From Clostridiaceae bacterium (GTDB taxonomy: Bacteria; Bacillota; Clostridia; Acetivibrionales; DUMB01), in contig DULF01000023.1 in NCBI GenBank assembly GCA_012840535.1, positions 1 through 57,971 of the forward strand: DNA of 57,971 bases, read 5' to 3'. Position numbers and translations under genes: made by a program. Below, one piece after another: positions 1 to 10,447 of this stretch (position 1 is its first letter; each line of letters begins with the position of its first letter). Under the pieces are notes generated by a model. It saw only the letters and a program-made list of their open reading frames with translations, made no database searches and was not told the DNA's origin.

Positions 1-693
1 AAGGTAAGTATGCCCGTTGGAAGCTGCCTGCGAAAGAGCATATTTTATTCCGGAACGCAGCCTGAATTTCGACATTGGGTCAATTCCAAGTTTCATTGCA
101 ATTTTATCAGCCGTTTTAAAACCGATGCCGAATACCTCATCAGCAAGCCTGTAAGGGTTAGCTTTTATTTCATCAATAGTTTTATCTCCGAAAACCCTGT
201 ATACCTTTGCAGAAAAGGCAGGACTAATCCCATGTTCCTGAAAAAACATTACAATGGATTTTAATTCTCTTTGCTCAGCAAACGCTTCTCCAATTTTAAA
301 TGCTTTATCCGGGCTTATGCCTTTTATTTCCGAAAGCAGCTCAGGTTTGGACAGGATAATATCAAAGGTTTTTTCTCCGAACTTTTCAACAATCTTTCTT
401 GCCGTGGCAGGCCCTATTCCCTTGATCACACCGGAAGCAAGGTATTTCTCTATTGCTTCCGATTCCTTTGGGAATACTTTTTCGTAATATTCGGCTTTGA
501 GCTGCTCGCCATAATCAGGATGGGTTGTCCAATTTCCGGTTACCTTTATAGTTTCGCCCACACTGATAAAAGGCATGTATCCGACAACCGTCACAATGTC
601 TTTAGCACACTTTATATCACAGACAACATATCCGTTTTCCTCGTTTGAAAAAATTATCTCCTCAACAATGCCTTCCAGGGTAATCAAAACCAA
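1..693 (-). CDS. recD2: RecD2-type SF1 DNA helicase (RecD/TraA family), N-terminal part only; the ORF runs off the left edge
   Basis: Own minus-strand translation; absent from the ORF track because it has no ATG and is edge-truncated. Sequence LVLITLEGIVEEIIFSNEENGYVVCDIKC...ASGVIKGIGPATARKIVEKFGEKTFDII...NPYRLADEVFGIGFKTADKIA shows the N-domain plus helix-hairpin-helix repeats typical of RecD2. AAGGAG precedes in-frame TTG codons at 693 and 687. Confidence 0.75.
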   Translation of the reverse strand, partial: MVLITLEGIVEEIIFSNEENGYVVCDIKCAKDIVTVVGYMPFISVGETIKVTGNWTTHPDYGEQLKAEYYEKVFPKESEAIEKYLASGVIKGIGPATARKIVEKFGEKTFDIILSKPELLSEIKGISPDKAFKIGEAFAEQRELKSIVMFFQEHGISPAFSAKVYRVFGDKTIDEIKANPYRLADEVFGIGFKTADKIAMKLGIDPMSKFRLRSGIKYALSQAASNGHTYL

Positions 694-745
694 GTCTCCT
701 TGTTTTCATCAGTATTTTAGTTTTTATTGTATTTATTACATTTTA

Positions 746-1183
746 CTACTTTTCTTCCGGAATTTCATCAAAAAAGTCAAACACCTTTTCCTTTTCGCTT
801 TCCTTCAATACTTCAACAGCATCATAATCCCGTTCTATTATTTCAAGAATGTCAAGGGTTCTATCAGTTGAGCCCATATCCACAACTGTCAGGTTCCTGT
901 TTGACATGACCTTCCTTAAAAAATCTCCTATAAATATGTTCCTTATAACTCCTTCAATTACATCCTCACAATTCTTTACAAAAAGAACCGCTTTTATTTT
1001 TATATCCTTTGAATACGACTTCTTATAAAACAAACCGGATATATTTACAACCAGATTGATAAGCCCGTAAATTGCCAATACATATGTAATAAACTGGAAA
1101 ATGATTTCAGCCAAAAAAATCCCCCCTGCATCCTGTGGAAATACTGCGGTTTTCATTTCCATAGTATGCAACTGGGGGATCAT
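746..1183 (-). CDS. Hypothetical membrane-anchored protein with a truncated GT-A (family-2 glycosyltransferase)-like segment
   Basis: 145-aa ORF. It has one hydrophobic helix (IFLAEIIFQFITYVLAIYGLINLVV), then IKAVLFVKNCEDVIEGVIRNI...NLTVVDMGSTDRTLDIL, which resembles the first strands of GT2 enzymes. The protein stops before any DxD region. No clear SD; the start is uncertain (M1 or MEMKT). Confidence 0.45.
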   Translation of the reverse strand: MIPQLHTMEMKTAVFPQDAGGIFLAEIIFQFITYVLAIYGLINLVVNISGLFYKKSYSKDIKIKAVLFVKNCEDVIEGVIRNIFIGDFLRKVMSNRNLTVVDMGSTDRTLDILEIIERDYDAVEVLKESEKEKVFDFFDEIPEEK

Positions 1184-1193
1184 CTGTTACCGC

Positions 1194-2384
1194 TTAAACC
1201 TGCGCATCTTTTTTCAATATCTCGGCTTTGTCGGTCCTCTCCCACGCAAGATCCAGGTCCGTCCTTCCAAAATGTCCATATGCAGCGACCTGCTTGTATA
1301 TTGGCCTTCTTAAATTCAGAGAATTAATGATTGCAGCAGGCCTTAAATCAAAATGCTTTTTTATCAGCTCTGCTATCCTGTCATCAGATATGTTTCCTGT
1401 GCCAAAGGTGTCGATCATAATGGATACAGGCCTGGCCACTCCTATTGCATAGGCAATCTGGACCTCACATTTTTTTGCGAGGCCGGCAGCTACAATATTC
1501 TTAGCGACATAGCGGGCTGCATATGCTGCAGAACGGTCAACCTTGGTAGGGTCTTTACCTGAAAAGGCTCCGCCGCCATGTCTGGCGTAACCTCCGTAAG
1601 TATCAACAATTATTTTCCTGCCTGTCAAACCTGAGTCTCCCATGGGTCCGCCAATGACAAACCTTCCTGTGGGGTTGACAATGAACCTCGTCTTCGCATC
1701 TATAAGATTTTGGGGAATTACAGGAAGGATAACGTGCTCAATAACGTCTTTTTTTATCTTTCCGTGTTCAACCTCAGGGCCATGCTGTGTTGAAACAAGC
1801 ACGGTATCCACCCTTACAGGCTTATCATCCTCATATTCAACTGTGACCTGGGATTTCCCGTCAGGCCTTAAGTAATCAAGTACTCCGTTTTTCCTTACAA
1901 CGCTTAACCTTTTGGCAAGTTTATGCGCTAACGATATAGGCATCGGCATAAGCTCCGGCGTTTCATCACACGCAAAACCAAACATCATTCCCTGATCTCC
2001 GGCTCCAATAGATTCCAGCTGTTCATCCGTCATTTCCCCGGTTTTTGCCTCAAGGGCTTTGTTAACACCCATGGCTATATCAGGCGACTGTTCATCTATC
2101 GAAGTTATTACAGCACATGAATCAGCATCAAAACCGTATTCCGCACTGTTGTATCCAATTTCTTTTATAGTTTTTCTTACGATCTTGGGAATGTCTACGC
2201 TGCAGCGGGTTGATATCTCTCCCATAACCAGCACAAGTCCCGTTGTAACTGCTGTCTCACAAGCTACCCTGGCGTTTGGATCTTCCGTTAGAATTGCGTC
2301 AAGAACGGCATCTGAAATCTGGTCGCAGATCTTATCCGGATGACCCTCGGTTACTGATTCCGAAGTAAATAATCTTTTAGCCAT
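1194..2384 (-). CDS. metK: S-adenosylmethionine synthetase
   Basis: [30 protein letters not shown]...[19 protein letters not shown] are canonical MetK motifs. GGAGAGGAGAG SD lies 7 nt before the ATG at 2384, so the track start at 2414 is probably too long. Confidence 0.97.
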   Translation of the reverse strand: MAKRLFTSESVTEGHPDKICDQISDAVLDAILTEDPNARVACETAVTTGLVLVMGEISTRCSVDIPKIVRKTIKEIGYNSAEYGFDADSCAVITSIDEQSPDIAMGVNKALEAKTGEMTDEQLESIGAGDQGMMFGFACDETPELMPMPISLAHKLAKRLSVVRKNGVLDYLRPDGKSQVTVEYEDDKPVRVDTVLVSTQHGPEVEHGKIKKDVIEHVILPVIPQNLIDAKTRFIVNPTGRFVIGGPMGDSGLTGRKIIVDTYGGYARHGGGAFSGKDPTKVDRSAAYAARYVAKNIVAAGLAKKCEVQIAYAIGVARPVSIMIDTFGTGNISDDRIAELIKKHFDLRPAAIINSLNLRRPIYKQVAAYGHFGRTDLDLAWERTDKAEILKKDAQV

Positions 2385-2413
2385 TGTATTTCTCTCCTCT
2401 CCATTACATAACA

Positions 2414-2560
2414 TTAAAAAAACCTCTTAATGAAGAGGTTTAAATTACTCCTCATCTCCCAGAATATAACCATATTCTGCAGGAATTGGCACCGATGCTT
2501 TGAAAGCCGGTTGCCGGGTTTCATTGGGCCCAGTCCCTCCACCTCTCTTGATAAGGCAAC
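2414..2560 (-). promoter_or_regulatory. SAM-I (S-box) riboswitch with intrinsic terminator, leader of metK
   Basis: Minus strand reads CTTATCAAGAGAGGTGGAGGGACTGGGCCCAATGAAACCCGGCAACCGG...GGTGCCAATTCCTGCAGA, a good match to the S-box core. It is followed by hairpin AAACCTCTTCATTAAGAGGTTTTTTT (2414-2441). Confidence 0.9.
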
Positions 2561-2583
2561 TTAGTATTAAATTTTATCCAAAT

Positions 2584-2613
2584 TATTCTAGCATATACAC
2601 TTAAGAGAGTCAA
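2584..2613 (-). promoter_or_regulatory. Sigma-A-type promoter for the S-box/metK transcript
   Basis: Minus strand TTGACT, 17 nt, TAGAAT, about 25 nt upstream of the riboswitch. Confidence 0.45.
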
Positions 2614-2639
2614 GCCAAACTGGACAATCTGCAATCCAG

Positions 2640-4454
2640 TCAGGCAGTTGCGAATATTTCTTCGAACTCGCTTCCCTCGATTTTCTCTTTTTCAAGCAAT
2701 ACCTCTGCAACCTTATGGAGTTTGCTCAGGTTTTCCTTAAGGATCGTCAGGGTCCTCGCATATGCCTCATCTATGATATTCTTAACTTCCCTGTCAATTT
2801 CAGCAGCTAGCTCCTCACTGTAATTCCTCGCATGGACAAAATCCCGTCCAAGGAATACCTCTTCATGTTCGCTTGCGAATATCATGTTGCCAAGCCTTTC
2901 GCTCATCCCGTATTTAGTGATCATGTTCCTTGCAATGCTGTTGGCTTGTTTCAAATCGCTGTAAGCACCTGTAGTTATTTCGCCAAATACTATTTCTTCG
3001 GCGGCTTTTCCGCCCAGAGCTTTTATTATTGACTCAATAAGCTGCGACTTGGTACGGTATGCAATATCTTCTTCAGGCTTGAAGGCCGTATATCCTCCTG
3101 CCATGCCTGCCGGTATTATTGACACTCTTTCCACTTTATCCGTTGTGGAAACCACCCTGGCTGCAATTGCGTGCCCTGCTTCATGGTAGGCGGTGATCTT
3201 TTTGTCTTTTTCACTCATTACCCTGCTCTTCTTCTCGGGTCCCATAGTTACTTTGAATATTGCTTCCTTTATATCTTCCATGGTTATCTGCTTTCTGTTA
3301 TTTCTTGCAGCAAGAAGCGCAGCTTCATTCAACAGGTTTTCAAGGTCTGCGCCAGTAAAACCCGGTGTAATCTTGGCAAGCTCATCCAGTTTTACATCTT
3401 CGCTGATGGGCTTTCCTCTCGCATGTACCTTTAATATTTCTTCTCTTCCTTTAATGTCCGGCAACCCGACAAACACCCTTCTGTCAAACCTTCCAGGCCT
3501 TAAAAGAGCCGGGTCAAGAATATCCGGCCTGTTTGTGGCCGCAAGTATAATAACACCCTCGTTTATGCCAAAGCCGTCCATCTCAACAAGAAGCTGGTTC
3601 AGGGTTTGCTCACGTTCATCGTGTCCGCCTCCGAGACCTGCGCCCCTGTGCCGCCCGACGGCATCAATTTCATCAATGAAAACAATACAGGGCGAATTTT
3701 TCTTTGCCTGGTCAAACAAATCTCTAACCCTGGATGCTCCGACACCGACAAACATTTCTACAAAGTCGGACCCGCTTATGCTAAAAAACGGCACTCCAGC
3801 CTCTCCTGAAACAGCCTTGGCAAGAAGCGTTTTTCCTGTACCCGGAGGGCCGACCAGGAGAACACCCTTGGGAATTCTGGCTCCCAGCTCAACAAACTTT
3901 TTCGGGGCCTTCAGAAATTCAACTATCTCTTTCAGCTCCTCTTTTTCCTCATCTGCTCCGGCAACATCTTCAAATGTCACTTTTTTCTTATCGTCAGTGC
4001 TCATTTTTGCCCTGCTCTTGCCGAAGGACATTACCCTGCTGCCTCCGCCGCCTTGTGACTGCTGGAGAAAAAACACCCAGAATAAAACAAAAATAACTAT
4101 CAACCCTATGGTAGGCAGAATTGCAACCCACCATGGAGCTGACGGTGGTGGCTGTGTCCTGAAAGTAATTTCCCCGTTTTTAATAGGTTCGCTTACTTCT
4201 TGCATAAATCCGGTTATATCGGGTATATAAACAGTAAACTTATTGCTCCTTGGGTCAGGACTTTGCTTGAGCTCAACAATGGCTGTGTTGTTTCCCTCAA
4301 GAAAAATTGAGCTTACGTTTTTATTTTCCAATTCTATCAATAAATCCGAATAACCTTTGTCAATCTGTGGTTCCCCGCCTTGATACAGGCTGAGAACAAT
4401 AAGGATTATTACAAAAAGCACTATATAAAAGCTTAATCCTTTGAAATATTTCAA
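2640..4454 (-). CDS. ftsH: ATP-dependent zinc metalloprotease FtsH
   Basis: 604 aa with two N-terminal TM segments, Walker A GPPGTGKT, the AAA second region of homology, and zinc site HEAGHA. Confidence 0.97.
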   Translation of the reverse strand: MKYFKGLSFYIVLFVIILIVLSLYQGGEPQIDKGYSDLLIELENKNVSSIFLEGNNTAIVELKQSPDPRSNKFTVYIPDITGFMQEVSEPIKNGEITFRTQPPPSAPWWVAILPTIGLIVIFVLFWVFFLQQSQGGGGSRVMSFGKSRAKMSTDDKKKVTFEDVAGADEEKEELKEIVEFLKAPKKFVELGARIPKGVLLVGPPGTGKTLLAKAVSGEAGVPFFSISGSDFVEMFVGVGASRVRDLFDQAKKNSPCIVFIDEIDAVGRHRGAGLGGGHDEREQTLNQLLVEMDGFGINEGVIILAATNRPDILDPALLRPGRFDRRVFVGLPDIKGREEILKVHARGKPISEDVKLDELAKITPGFTGADLENLLNEAALLAARNNRKQITMEDIKEAIFKVTMGPEKKSRVMSEKDKKITAYHEAGHAIAARVVSTTDKVERVSIIPAGMAGGYTAFKPEEDIAYRTKSQLIESIIKALGGKAAEEIVFGEITTGAYSDLKQANSIARNMITKYGMSERLGNMIFASEHEEVFLGRDFVHARNYSEELAAEIDREVKNIIDEAYARTLTILKENLSKLHKVAEVLLEKEKIEGSEFEEIFATA

Positions 4455-4575
4455 ATATCTCCCTCCTTATTGCGAATTAATGTATGTTTTTTGCCAGCAC
4501 AATACATTAATTCCGCAATATAAATATTAGCATAACCATTTCCAAAACACAACAAACCTTTATGAGCCGCAGAAT

Positions 4576-5118
4576 TTACCGGCGCTCAATCACTTCTTTT
4601 TTCAGCGTACAAACGTCAGGCAAATTCCTGTATTTGCCTGCATAATCCAGTCCGTAACCCACAATGAACTCATCAGGCACAACTATGCCCTGATAATCTA
4701 TTTCAATATCAACCTTCCTTCTTGACGGTTTGTCAAACGCCGTACAAATTTTGACACTCTTAGGACCTCTTGTATTAAAAAGCTGTTTAAGATGGTTAAG
4801 GGTAAGCCCGGTATCTACAAGGTCTTCCACAATAAGCACATGCTTGTTTTCAATATTTACATCGGTATCCTTGATAATCCTTACAACACCTGAAGACTCG
4901 GTCGAATTTCCATAACTTGTTACGGAGATCAAATCCATGTCAACAGGAATTGTTATCTCTCTCATCAAATCGGCGAGAAAAATAAATCCGCCCTTTAAGA
5001 CACCAATCAATATTAAATCTTTACCTTTGTAATCCTCCGAAATTCTTTTCCCAAGTTCTTTGACTTTTTCCCTTATAACTTCCCTGGTTATTAAAACTTT
5101 ATCAATATCTTCTAACAT
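4576..5118 (-). CDS. hpt: Hypoxanthine phosphoribosyltransferase
   Basis: 180 aa with PRPP-binding motif VLIVEDLVDTGLT. Sits in the conserved tilS-hpt-ftsH order. Confidence 0.95.
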   Translation of the reverse strand: MLEDIDKVLITREVIREKVKELGKRISEDYKGKDLILIGVLKGGFIFLADLMREITIPVDMDLISVTSYGNSTESSGVVRIIKDTDVNIENKHVLIVEDLVDTGLTLNHLKQLFNTRGPKSVKICTAFDKPSRRKVDIEIDYQGIVVPDEFIVGYGLDYAGKYRNLPDVCTLKKEVIERR

Positions 5119-5163
5119 AATTTCCCCCTTGCATTTCTTAAAGATGCATTTTATATTATATGA

Positions 5164-6603
5164 CTAAACAGTGCTGCCATTGTTGCCAGTATATTTTAAT
5201 ATCAACACAGATTTAGTATTTTCAGTTACTTTAAATTTATCACTTATTTTATATCCAATAACCCAAACTATTTCGTTTTCCTTTGCAACAAGCGGTATTT
5301 CATCCCTTTTTTCACACGGAATTTTATTATCAATAAAATACTCTTTCAGTTTCTTGGTACCGTTAGACTTCAGCGGTTTGAAAATATCCCCGTTTCTACG
5401 GTTCCTTACATATATTCCCGTATTTAATTTATCATAATCAAAAAACTGTACTAAAGAATTATACCTTAAATTATTGTACTGCTCAATACTTATGAGCTTT
5501 TTTTCTACTACAGATGCTTCTATGGATGCATTCAGAACCGGGACCATGGTTATACCAGGTACATTTATTTCAGCCTCAAACAAGGGAGTCTTTATTTTTT
5601 TTGCGTCAAGGCCAATTCTTAAAATGCCGTAACTCTTTGCGGCCCGGATCCTTCCGGGTAAATGAATTTCAATTCCTGTCCTTCCGCTTTCCATTAAATC
5701 AATTAACATATCAATATGCTTGCTTTCAATTCCCTTTATATTTCCTTTCACATCTTTGATTGCATTTCGCAAAACTCTTTTTACCAAGGAAACATGATTT
5801 TTTTTAAGCTGGGCAATGTCCAATGAAACCGTATCAGGTTGCCTGCTTGCAACACAACTAGTATAAGTTTCTAAAGCAAGCTTTTCAATTAAATCATTAT
5901 CATCCTTTAATAACGCTGCCAGCCTGTATACGCTCTCCACTACGTCCACGTCAAACATCCGTGTAATATATGGTATTAAATCCAAACGCACTTTATTCCG
6001 CGTATACTTGTTCTCCAGATTGGAAAGGTCAATCCTTGGAGAAAGGTTATTTTGGCGGCAATACTCTTCTATATCCTTTCTGTCTATATCCAAAAGAGGC
6101 CTTATTATTCTGCCTCTCATGTAATCTATGCCTGTCAGCCCTTCAAGTCCCGTGCCGCGAATAATATTCATCAGCACTGTCTCAACCAGATCGTTTTTAT
6201 TATGGGCAACAGCTATTTTTGATGCGCCCACATCAGCGGCATACTGTTCAAAAGCTCTGTACCTAATATCCCGTCCCGCTTCTTCAATGGACACCCCGGA
6301 GCTTTTTGAAATTTTATTTATGTCTCTTGCGATTATGCGCAGCGGAACTCCCAAACTTTTGCAGAACTCTTTTACAAAGAGTTCATCGAGGTCCGCATCT
6401 TCGCCCCTCAACATATGGTTTACATGCAGGGCATATAATTTCAAACCATACTCGGGTATAAGCCTGTGAAGAATATGAAGTAGGCATACGGAATCAGGTC
6501 CCCCCGAAATGCCTACAACAATTTTATCTCCATTCTCTATGAGGTTGTATTTTTTTATAGTATTCGACACTCTTTCAATCATAATACCCTTTAAGACTTT
6601 CAA
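5164..6603 (-). CDS. tilS: tRNA(Ile)-lysidine synthetase
   Basis: PP-loop VGISGGPDS, 479 aa, upstream of hpt. The start is either TTG at 6603 (TTGA overlap with the dnaB stop) or ATG at 6582 (MIERVS...). Confidence 0.92.
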   Translation of the reverse strand: MKVLKGIMIERVSNTIKKYNLIENGDKIVVGISGGPDSVCLLHILHRLIPEYGLKLYALHVNHMLRGEDADLDELFVKEFCKSLGVPLRIIARDINKISKSSGVSIEEAGRDIRYRAFEQYAADVGASKIAVAHNKNDLVETVLMNIIRGTGLEGLTGIDYMRGRIIRPLLDIDRKDIEEYCRQNNLSPRIDLSNLENKYTRNKVRLDLIPYITRMFDVDVVESVYRLAALLKDDNDLIEKLALETYTSCVASRQPDTVSLDIAQLKKNHVSLVKRVLRNAIKDVKGNIKGIESKHIDMLIDLMESGRTGIEIHLPGRIRAAKSYGILRIGLDAKKIKTPLFEAEINVPGITMVPVLNASIEASVVEKKLISIEQYNNLRYNSLVQFFDYDKLNTGIYVRNRRNGDIFKPLKSNGTKKLKEYFIDNKIPCEKRDEIPLVAKENEIVWVIGYKISDKFKVTENTKSVLILKYTGNNGSTV

Positions 6604-7931
6604 TCTTTTTTAAGATTTGCAAACTTGGTGTACTCTCCAAACCACCTTAATTCTACCACACCGGTAGGTCCATGCCTGTTTTTAGCTATTATGACCTCAG
6701 CTATATTTTGCTTTTCGCTATCAGGATTATAGTAATCATCTCTATATAGAAACAACACCATATCGGCATCCTGCTCTATGGCACCTGATTCCCTGAGATC
6801 GCTTAACATCGGCCTGTGGTCAGACCTAGATTCAGGAGCCCGGCTTAGCTGGGAAAGGGTAACTACAGGCACGTTTATCTCTTTTGCCAATATTTTCAGC
6901 GAGCGTGAGATTTCCGCCACCTCCTGCTGCCTGTTTTCAGCCCTTCCCCTGCCCTGCATCAACTGAAGGTAATCAATTACAACCAGGCCAAGATTCTTCT
7001 CAAGTTTCAGCCTCCTGCACTTAGCCCGAAGTTCCATGACTGAAGCGCCAGGTGTGTCATCTATAAATATCGGAGCCTCGGACAACGGCCCAAGCGCCAT
7101 GGCCATTTTTTGCCAATCCGAGTCATCCAGCTTGCCTATTCGCATCTTCTGGCTGTCAATCATTACCTCGCTGCACAGTATCCTGTTCACTAGCTGTTCC
7201 TTTGACATTTCCAGACTGAAAATGGCTACGGGAATCTTCTTATGAACAGCCGCATACTGTGCAATATTCAGGGCAAATGACGTCTTACCCATAGACGGAC
7301 GTGCTGCTATCAGTATGAGGTCGGAATTCTGGAATCCCGCAGTTTTATAGTCCAGATCAGTAAATCCTGTAGGCACGCCTGTTACATATCCTTTATTATT
7401 GTAAAGTTCTTCCAGTTTATTAAACGCGTCCACAAGGACATCCTTGATATGTGAAAAGCCCTGGTTGCTTCTTTTCTGCAGTATGTCAAATATCCCTTTT
7501 TCCGCCCTGTCAAGTATAATTGACACTTCATCGGAAGCTTCGTACCCCAGGTTGATTATATCGGAGGAAGTTTTTATGAGTTTTCTTAAAATTGATTTCT
7601 CCTCGACAATTTTTGCATAGTGCCTGGCATTAGCCGTAGTAGGAACTGCAGTGGCTATATTTGTAAGGTATTCAAGCCCGCCGACTTTGTCCAGTGTCCC
7701 TCTTTGCTTCAGCTGCTCTGCCACGGTAATCAGGTCAACAGGATTAGCCCTCTCAAAGAGGTCCAAAATTGCCTCATATATTTCCTTGTGGTCTTCCCTG
7801 TAAAAATCTTCGCTTTTCAGAATTTCGGTGATTACAGGGATAACTTCTTTGTCAAGCAGCATACATCCCAACACGGATTGCTCAGCTTCAATACTCTGAG
7901 GTGGTATCCTTCCTAATGCGCCAATATCCAT
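6600..7931 (-). CDS. dnaB: Replicative DNA helicase (DnaB family)
   Basis: IPPQSIEAEQSVLGCML N-terminal signature, Walker A ARPSMGKTSF, and a RecA-like C-domain. The ATG at 7931 with an AGGAGC SD is preferred over the TTG at 7949. Confidence 0.95.
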   Translation of the reverse strand: MDIGALGRIPPQSIEAEQSVLGCMLLDKEVIPVITEILKSEDFYREDHKEIYEAILDLFERANPVDLITVAEQLKQRGTLDKVGGLEYLTNIATAVPTTANARHYAKIVEEKSILRKLIKTSSDIINLGYEASDEVSIILDRAEKGIFDILQKRSNQGFSHIKDVLVDAFNKLEELYNNKGYVTGVPTGFTDLDYKTAGFQNSDLILIAARPSMGKTSFALNIAQYAAVHKKIPVAIFSLEMSKEQLVNRILCSEVMIDSQKMRIGKLDDSDWQKMAMALGPLSEAPIFIDDTPGASVMELRAKCRRLKLEKNLGLVVIDYLQLMQGRGRAENRQQEVAEISRSLKILAKEINVPVVTLSQLSRAPESRSDHRPMLSDLRESGAIEQDADMVLFLYRDDYYNPDSEKQNIAEVIIAKNRHGPTGVVELRWFGEYTKFANLKKD

Positions 7932-7932
7932 A

Positions 7933-8382
7933 TCACTGCTCCTGCTCAATTTTTACTGTCAATGTTGTACTTATCTCAGGATAAACTTTTACCTCAACCT
8001 CGCTTACACCCAAAGACCTTATCGGCTCCTCAAGATTTATCTTTTTCTTGTCTATATCGATATTAAAATCGCTTTTAAGCTTTTCTGAAATATCCTTGCT
8101 GGTAATTGACCCAAACAGTTTGCCGTTTTCTCCGGCTTTTGCCTTGATTATCACTGCTGTATTCTTAAGCTTTTCGGCTAAAGCTTTTGCAGCTTTATAC
8201 TCTCTTTCTTTTTTTGTTTTTTCGGCTTCTTTTTTTGTTTTCATAATATTCAGATTGGTTTGTGTGGCTTCTACGGCAAAACCTTTAGGCAAGAGAAAAT
8301 TTCTTGCGTAACCATCGCTGACGTCCACAATATCTTCTTTTTTCCCCAAACCTTTTACATCCTGCTTTAATATAACTTTCAT
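7933..8382 (-). CDS. rplI: 50S ribosomal protein L9
   Basis: MKVILKQDVKGLGKKEDIVDVSDGYARNFLLPKG, 149 aa. Confidence 0.95.
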   Translation of the reverse strand: MKVILKQDVKGLGKKEDIVDVSDGYARNFLLPKGFAVEATQTNLNIMKTKKEAEKTKKEREYKAAKALAEKLKNTAVIIKAKAGENGKLFGSITSKDISEKLKSDFNIDIDKKKINLEEPIRSLGVSEVEVKVYPEISTTLTVKIEQEQ

Positions 8383-8419
8383 AGTATCTCCTCCGGAATA
8401 ACGTTTCTGTACCTCTTGG

Positions 8420-10432
8420 CTACGAAGCGGGTGTATTTAAACTGTCCATATATTTAATTATAGCATATTTTAATTTCTCCTTGGCATCCTCCAAAGAATT
8501 TTCCATAAGCTGTGCTCCTGCAACTGTCATATGTCCTCCCCCGCCAAGTTCTTCCAGTATTACCTGCACGTTTATTTCACCTAATGACCTTCCGCTTATA
8601 TAAACTTCATTGTTCACGGAACACAGCACAAATGCCGCTGTAATGCCTGACAGGTTAAGCAGCTCGTCTGCAGCTTTGGCTGCAATTAATTGCGCGTTTT
8701 TCACGTTTGGAGGACATATTGAAATTGCAATGTTATTGTTCAGAAGTTCCGCATCCCTTACGACATTTGATATATTCAGGTAAGTTGTAAAATCATTCTG
8801 GAACAACTGCTTTACTGAAACAGTGTTAACCCCTTGTTTCCTGAGATACGACGCAGCATCAAAAGTCCTTACTCCTGTCTTGAAAGTAAAGTTTTTCGTA
8901 TCCACCACTATGCCCGCATATAAAGCTTCAGCCTCCAAAGGCCTGAGCTTCAGTTTTTCATCTACATACTGGAGAATTTCCGTTACCAGTTCGCAGGTGG
9001 AAGACGCATATGTCTCATGGTATACAAGGACTGCGTCCTGTATAAATTCCACCCCTTTTCTATGGTGGTCAATAACAACAACCTGCTTGGTGCGCTCAAG
9101 TAGTTCAGGAGCCTCAGTAAAGCTGGGTTTGAATGTGTCAACAACAATCAGCAGGGTATTTTGCTTTATCCTTTCCATGGCCTCATATTTTGTCATGAAC
9201 AAACCTTCATACTCGCCGCTTCTCTCAATTTTAGAGATCAAATTGCTTATCATGGGGTTATTTGAACGGCTTAATACAATGCGGACATCCTTCCCCCTGT
9301 CTTTTACCATGCGGTAAAGGCCCAAAGCGGCCCCGAGGGAATCGTTGTCAGCATTTTCATGCCCCATTATAATCACATCAGGCGATTGGTCAACCAATTC
9401 TCTCAAAGCATATGCAATAACCCTGGCTTTTACCCTGGTTCTTCTCTCCAGTTCCCTTGTTTTCCCGCCGAAGAAACTAAAGCTGTCGCCGTTCTTGATA
9501 ACAACCTGGTCCCCTCCTCTTCCTAAGGCAATATCAATTGAAGCGCTTGCATAGTTAAGGTTTTCAACGAGGGAACCACCGTTTATCCCCAATCCTATAC
9601 TAAGGGTTACAGGTATTTTATTACCTACGTTGATCTCCTTTACAGCATCAAGTATTTCAAACTTTTTATCTTCCATTTCCTTAAGGTACTTATATTCAAA
9701 AATAATAAGATACTTATCCCTTTCATACTTTTTAACAATTCCTTCCGTAAAATTAAACCATTGCACAAGTTTCCTTTCTATTTCAGCCAGAATTTGAGGA
9801 CGTGCTGCATCCTCCATACTCTGCATCAGCTCATCATAATTGTCAATAATTATGATACCAGCCGCCACTTTTTCATCATGGTACCTTGCTTTAAGCTCTA
9901 CAAGCTCGGTATTTTCTATAAAATATAAAAGCAAGATAAAATTTTCGGTATCGGCTTTTCCCTCTATTTGTACAAAATTGCCCAAAACATTATAATGCTT
10001 GTCATTTACGCAAACCTGCCTGGAAATCCTTGTGGTTTCATTTACCAAATCATTTGGATCAAGTCCTTCCACCAAAGAATTAATTGCCCTTTCCAACAGG
10101 TTTTCGTCGTCAAATATTTTTCGGAATAAAGAATTATACCAGATTATCGAGCCATCCAGTTCCACTACAACAAGAGGCATCGGAAAGTTTAACAGCGTAT
10201 CCTTTGTAGCAGTATCAATATTCAAAGTCAGATTCTCAATATATCTGGTAAGTTCCTTTTGCTTTTTATAATTCGACCTGAAATTGTAGTATGTAAGAAA
10301 CAATAACAGCGCTATGCCTGGAATGGCAACCCTCCAATCCAGTACGGCAATTACGCCTACCAGCATCAGAATGATCCATAAGTAAAAACCTGCTCTGGGT
10401 AATAGTTTTCCGGAAAATCTCTTACTATCCAT
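8420..10432 (-). CDS. gdpP: GdpP/YybT-type cyclic-di-AMP phosphodiesterase (TM, PAS-like, degenerate GGDEF, DHH/DHHA1)
   Basis: Two N-terminal TM helices, DHH motif VVVIDHHRK, DHHA1 motif LGGGGHMTVAGAQ, and position immediately upstream of rplI-dnaB as in Bacillus. The ATG at 10432 has a GAGGAGAAG SD. Confidence 0.85.
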   Translation of the reverse strand: MDSKRFSGKLLPRAGFYLWIILMLVGVIAVLDWRVAIPGIALLLFLTYYNFRSNYKKQKELTRYIENLTLNIDTATKDTLLNFPMPLVVVELDGSIIWYNSLFRKIFDDENLLERAINSLVEGLDPNDLVNETTRISRQVCVNDKHYNVLGNFVQIEGKADTENFILLLYFIENTELVELKARYHDEKVAAGIIIIDNYDELMQSMEDAARPQILAEIERKLVQWFNFTEGIVKKYERDKYLIIFEYKYLKEMEDKKFEILDAVKEINVGNKIPVTLSIGLGINGGSLVENLNYASASIDIALGRGGDQVVIKNGDSFSFFGGKTRELERRTRVKARVIAYALRELVDQSPDVIIMGHENADNDSLGAALGLYRMVKDRGKDVRIVLSRSNNPMISNLISKIERSGEYEGLFMTKYEAMERIKQNTLLIVVDTFKPSFTEAPELLERTKQVVVIDHHRKGVEFIQDAVLVYHETYASSTCELVTEILQYVDEKLKLRPLEAEALYAGIVVDTKNFTFKTGVRTFDAASYLRKQGVNTVSVKQLFQNDFTTYLNISNVVRDAELLNNNIAISICPPNVKNAQLIAAKAADELLNLSGITAAFVLCSVNNEVYISGRSLGEINVQVILEELGGGGHMTVAGAQLMENSLEDAKEKLKYAIIKYMDSLNTPAS

Positions 10433-10447
10433 TGCACTTCTCCTCAA

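Noticed and set aside
3193-4230. 345-aa plus-strand ORF antisense to ftsH (Ser/Pro/Leu-rich).
   Set aside because: It lies entirely inside the strongly supported ftsH gene on the opposite strand. Its composition is low-complexity, with no start context or motifs. This is a typical shadow ORF.
6600-7949. Checked dnaB for an intein or other insertion, since dnaB is a common intein host.
   Set aside because: The length (about 443 aa) and continuous helicase motifs leave no room for an insertion.
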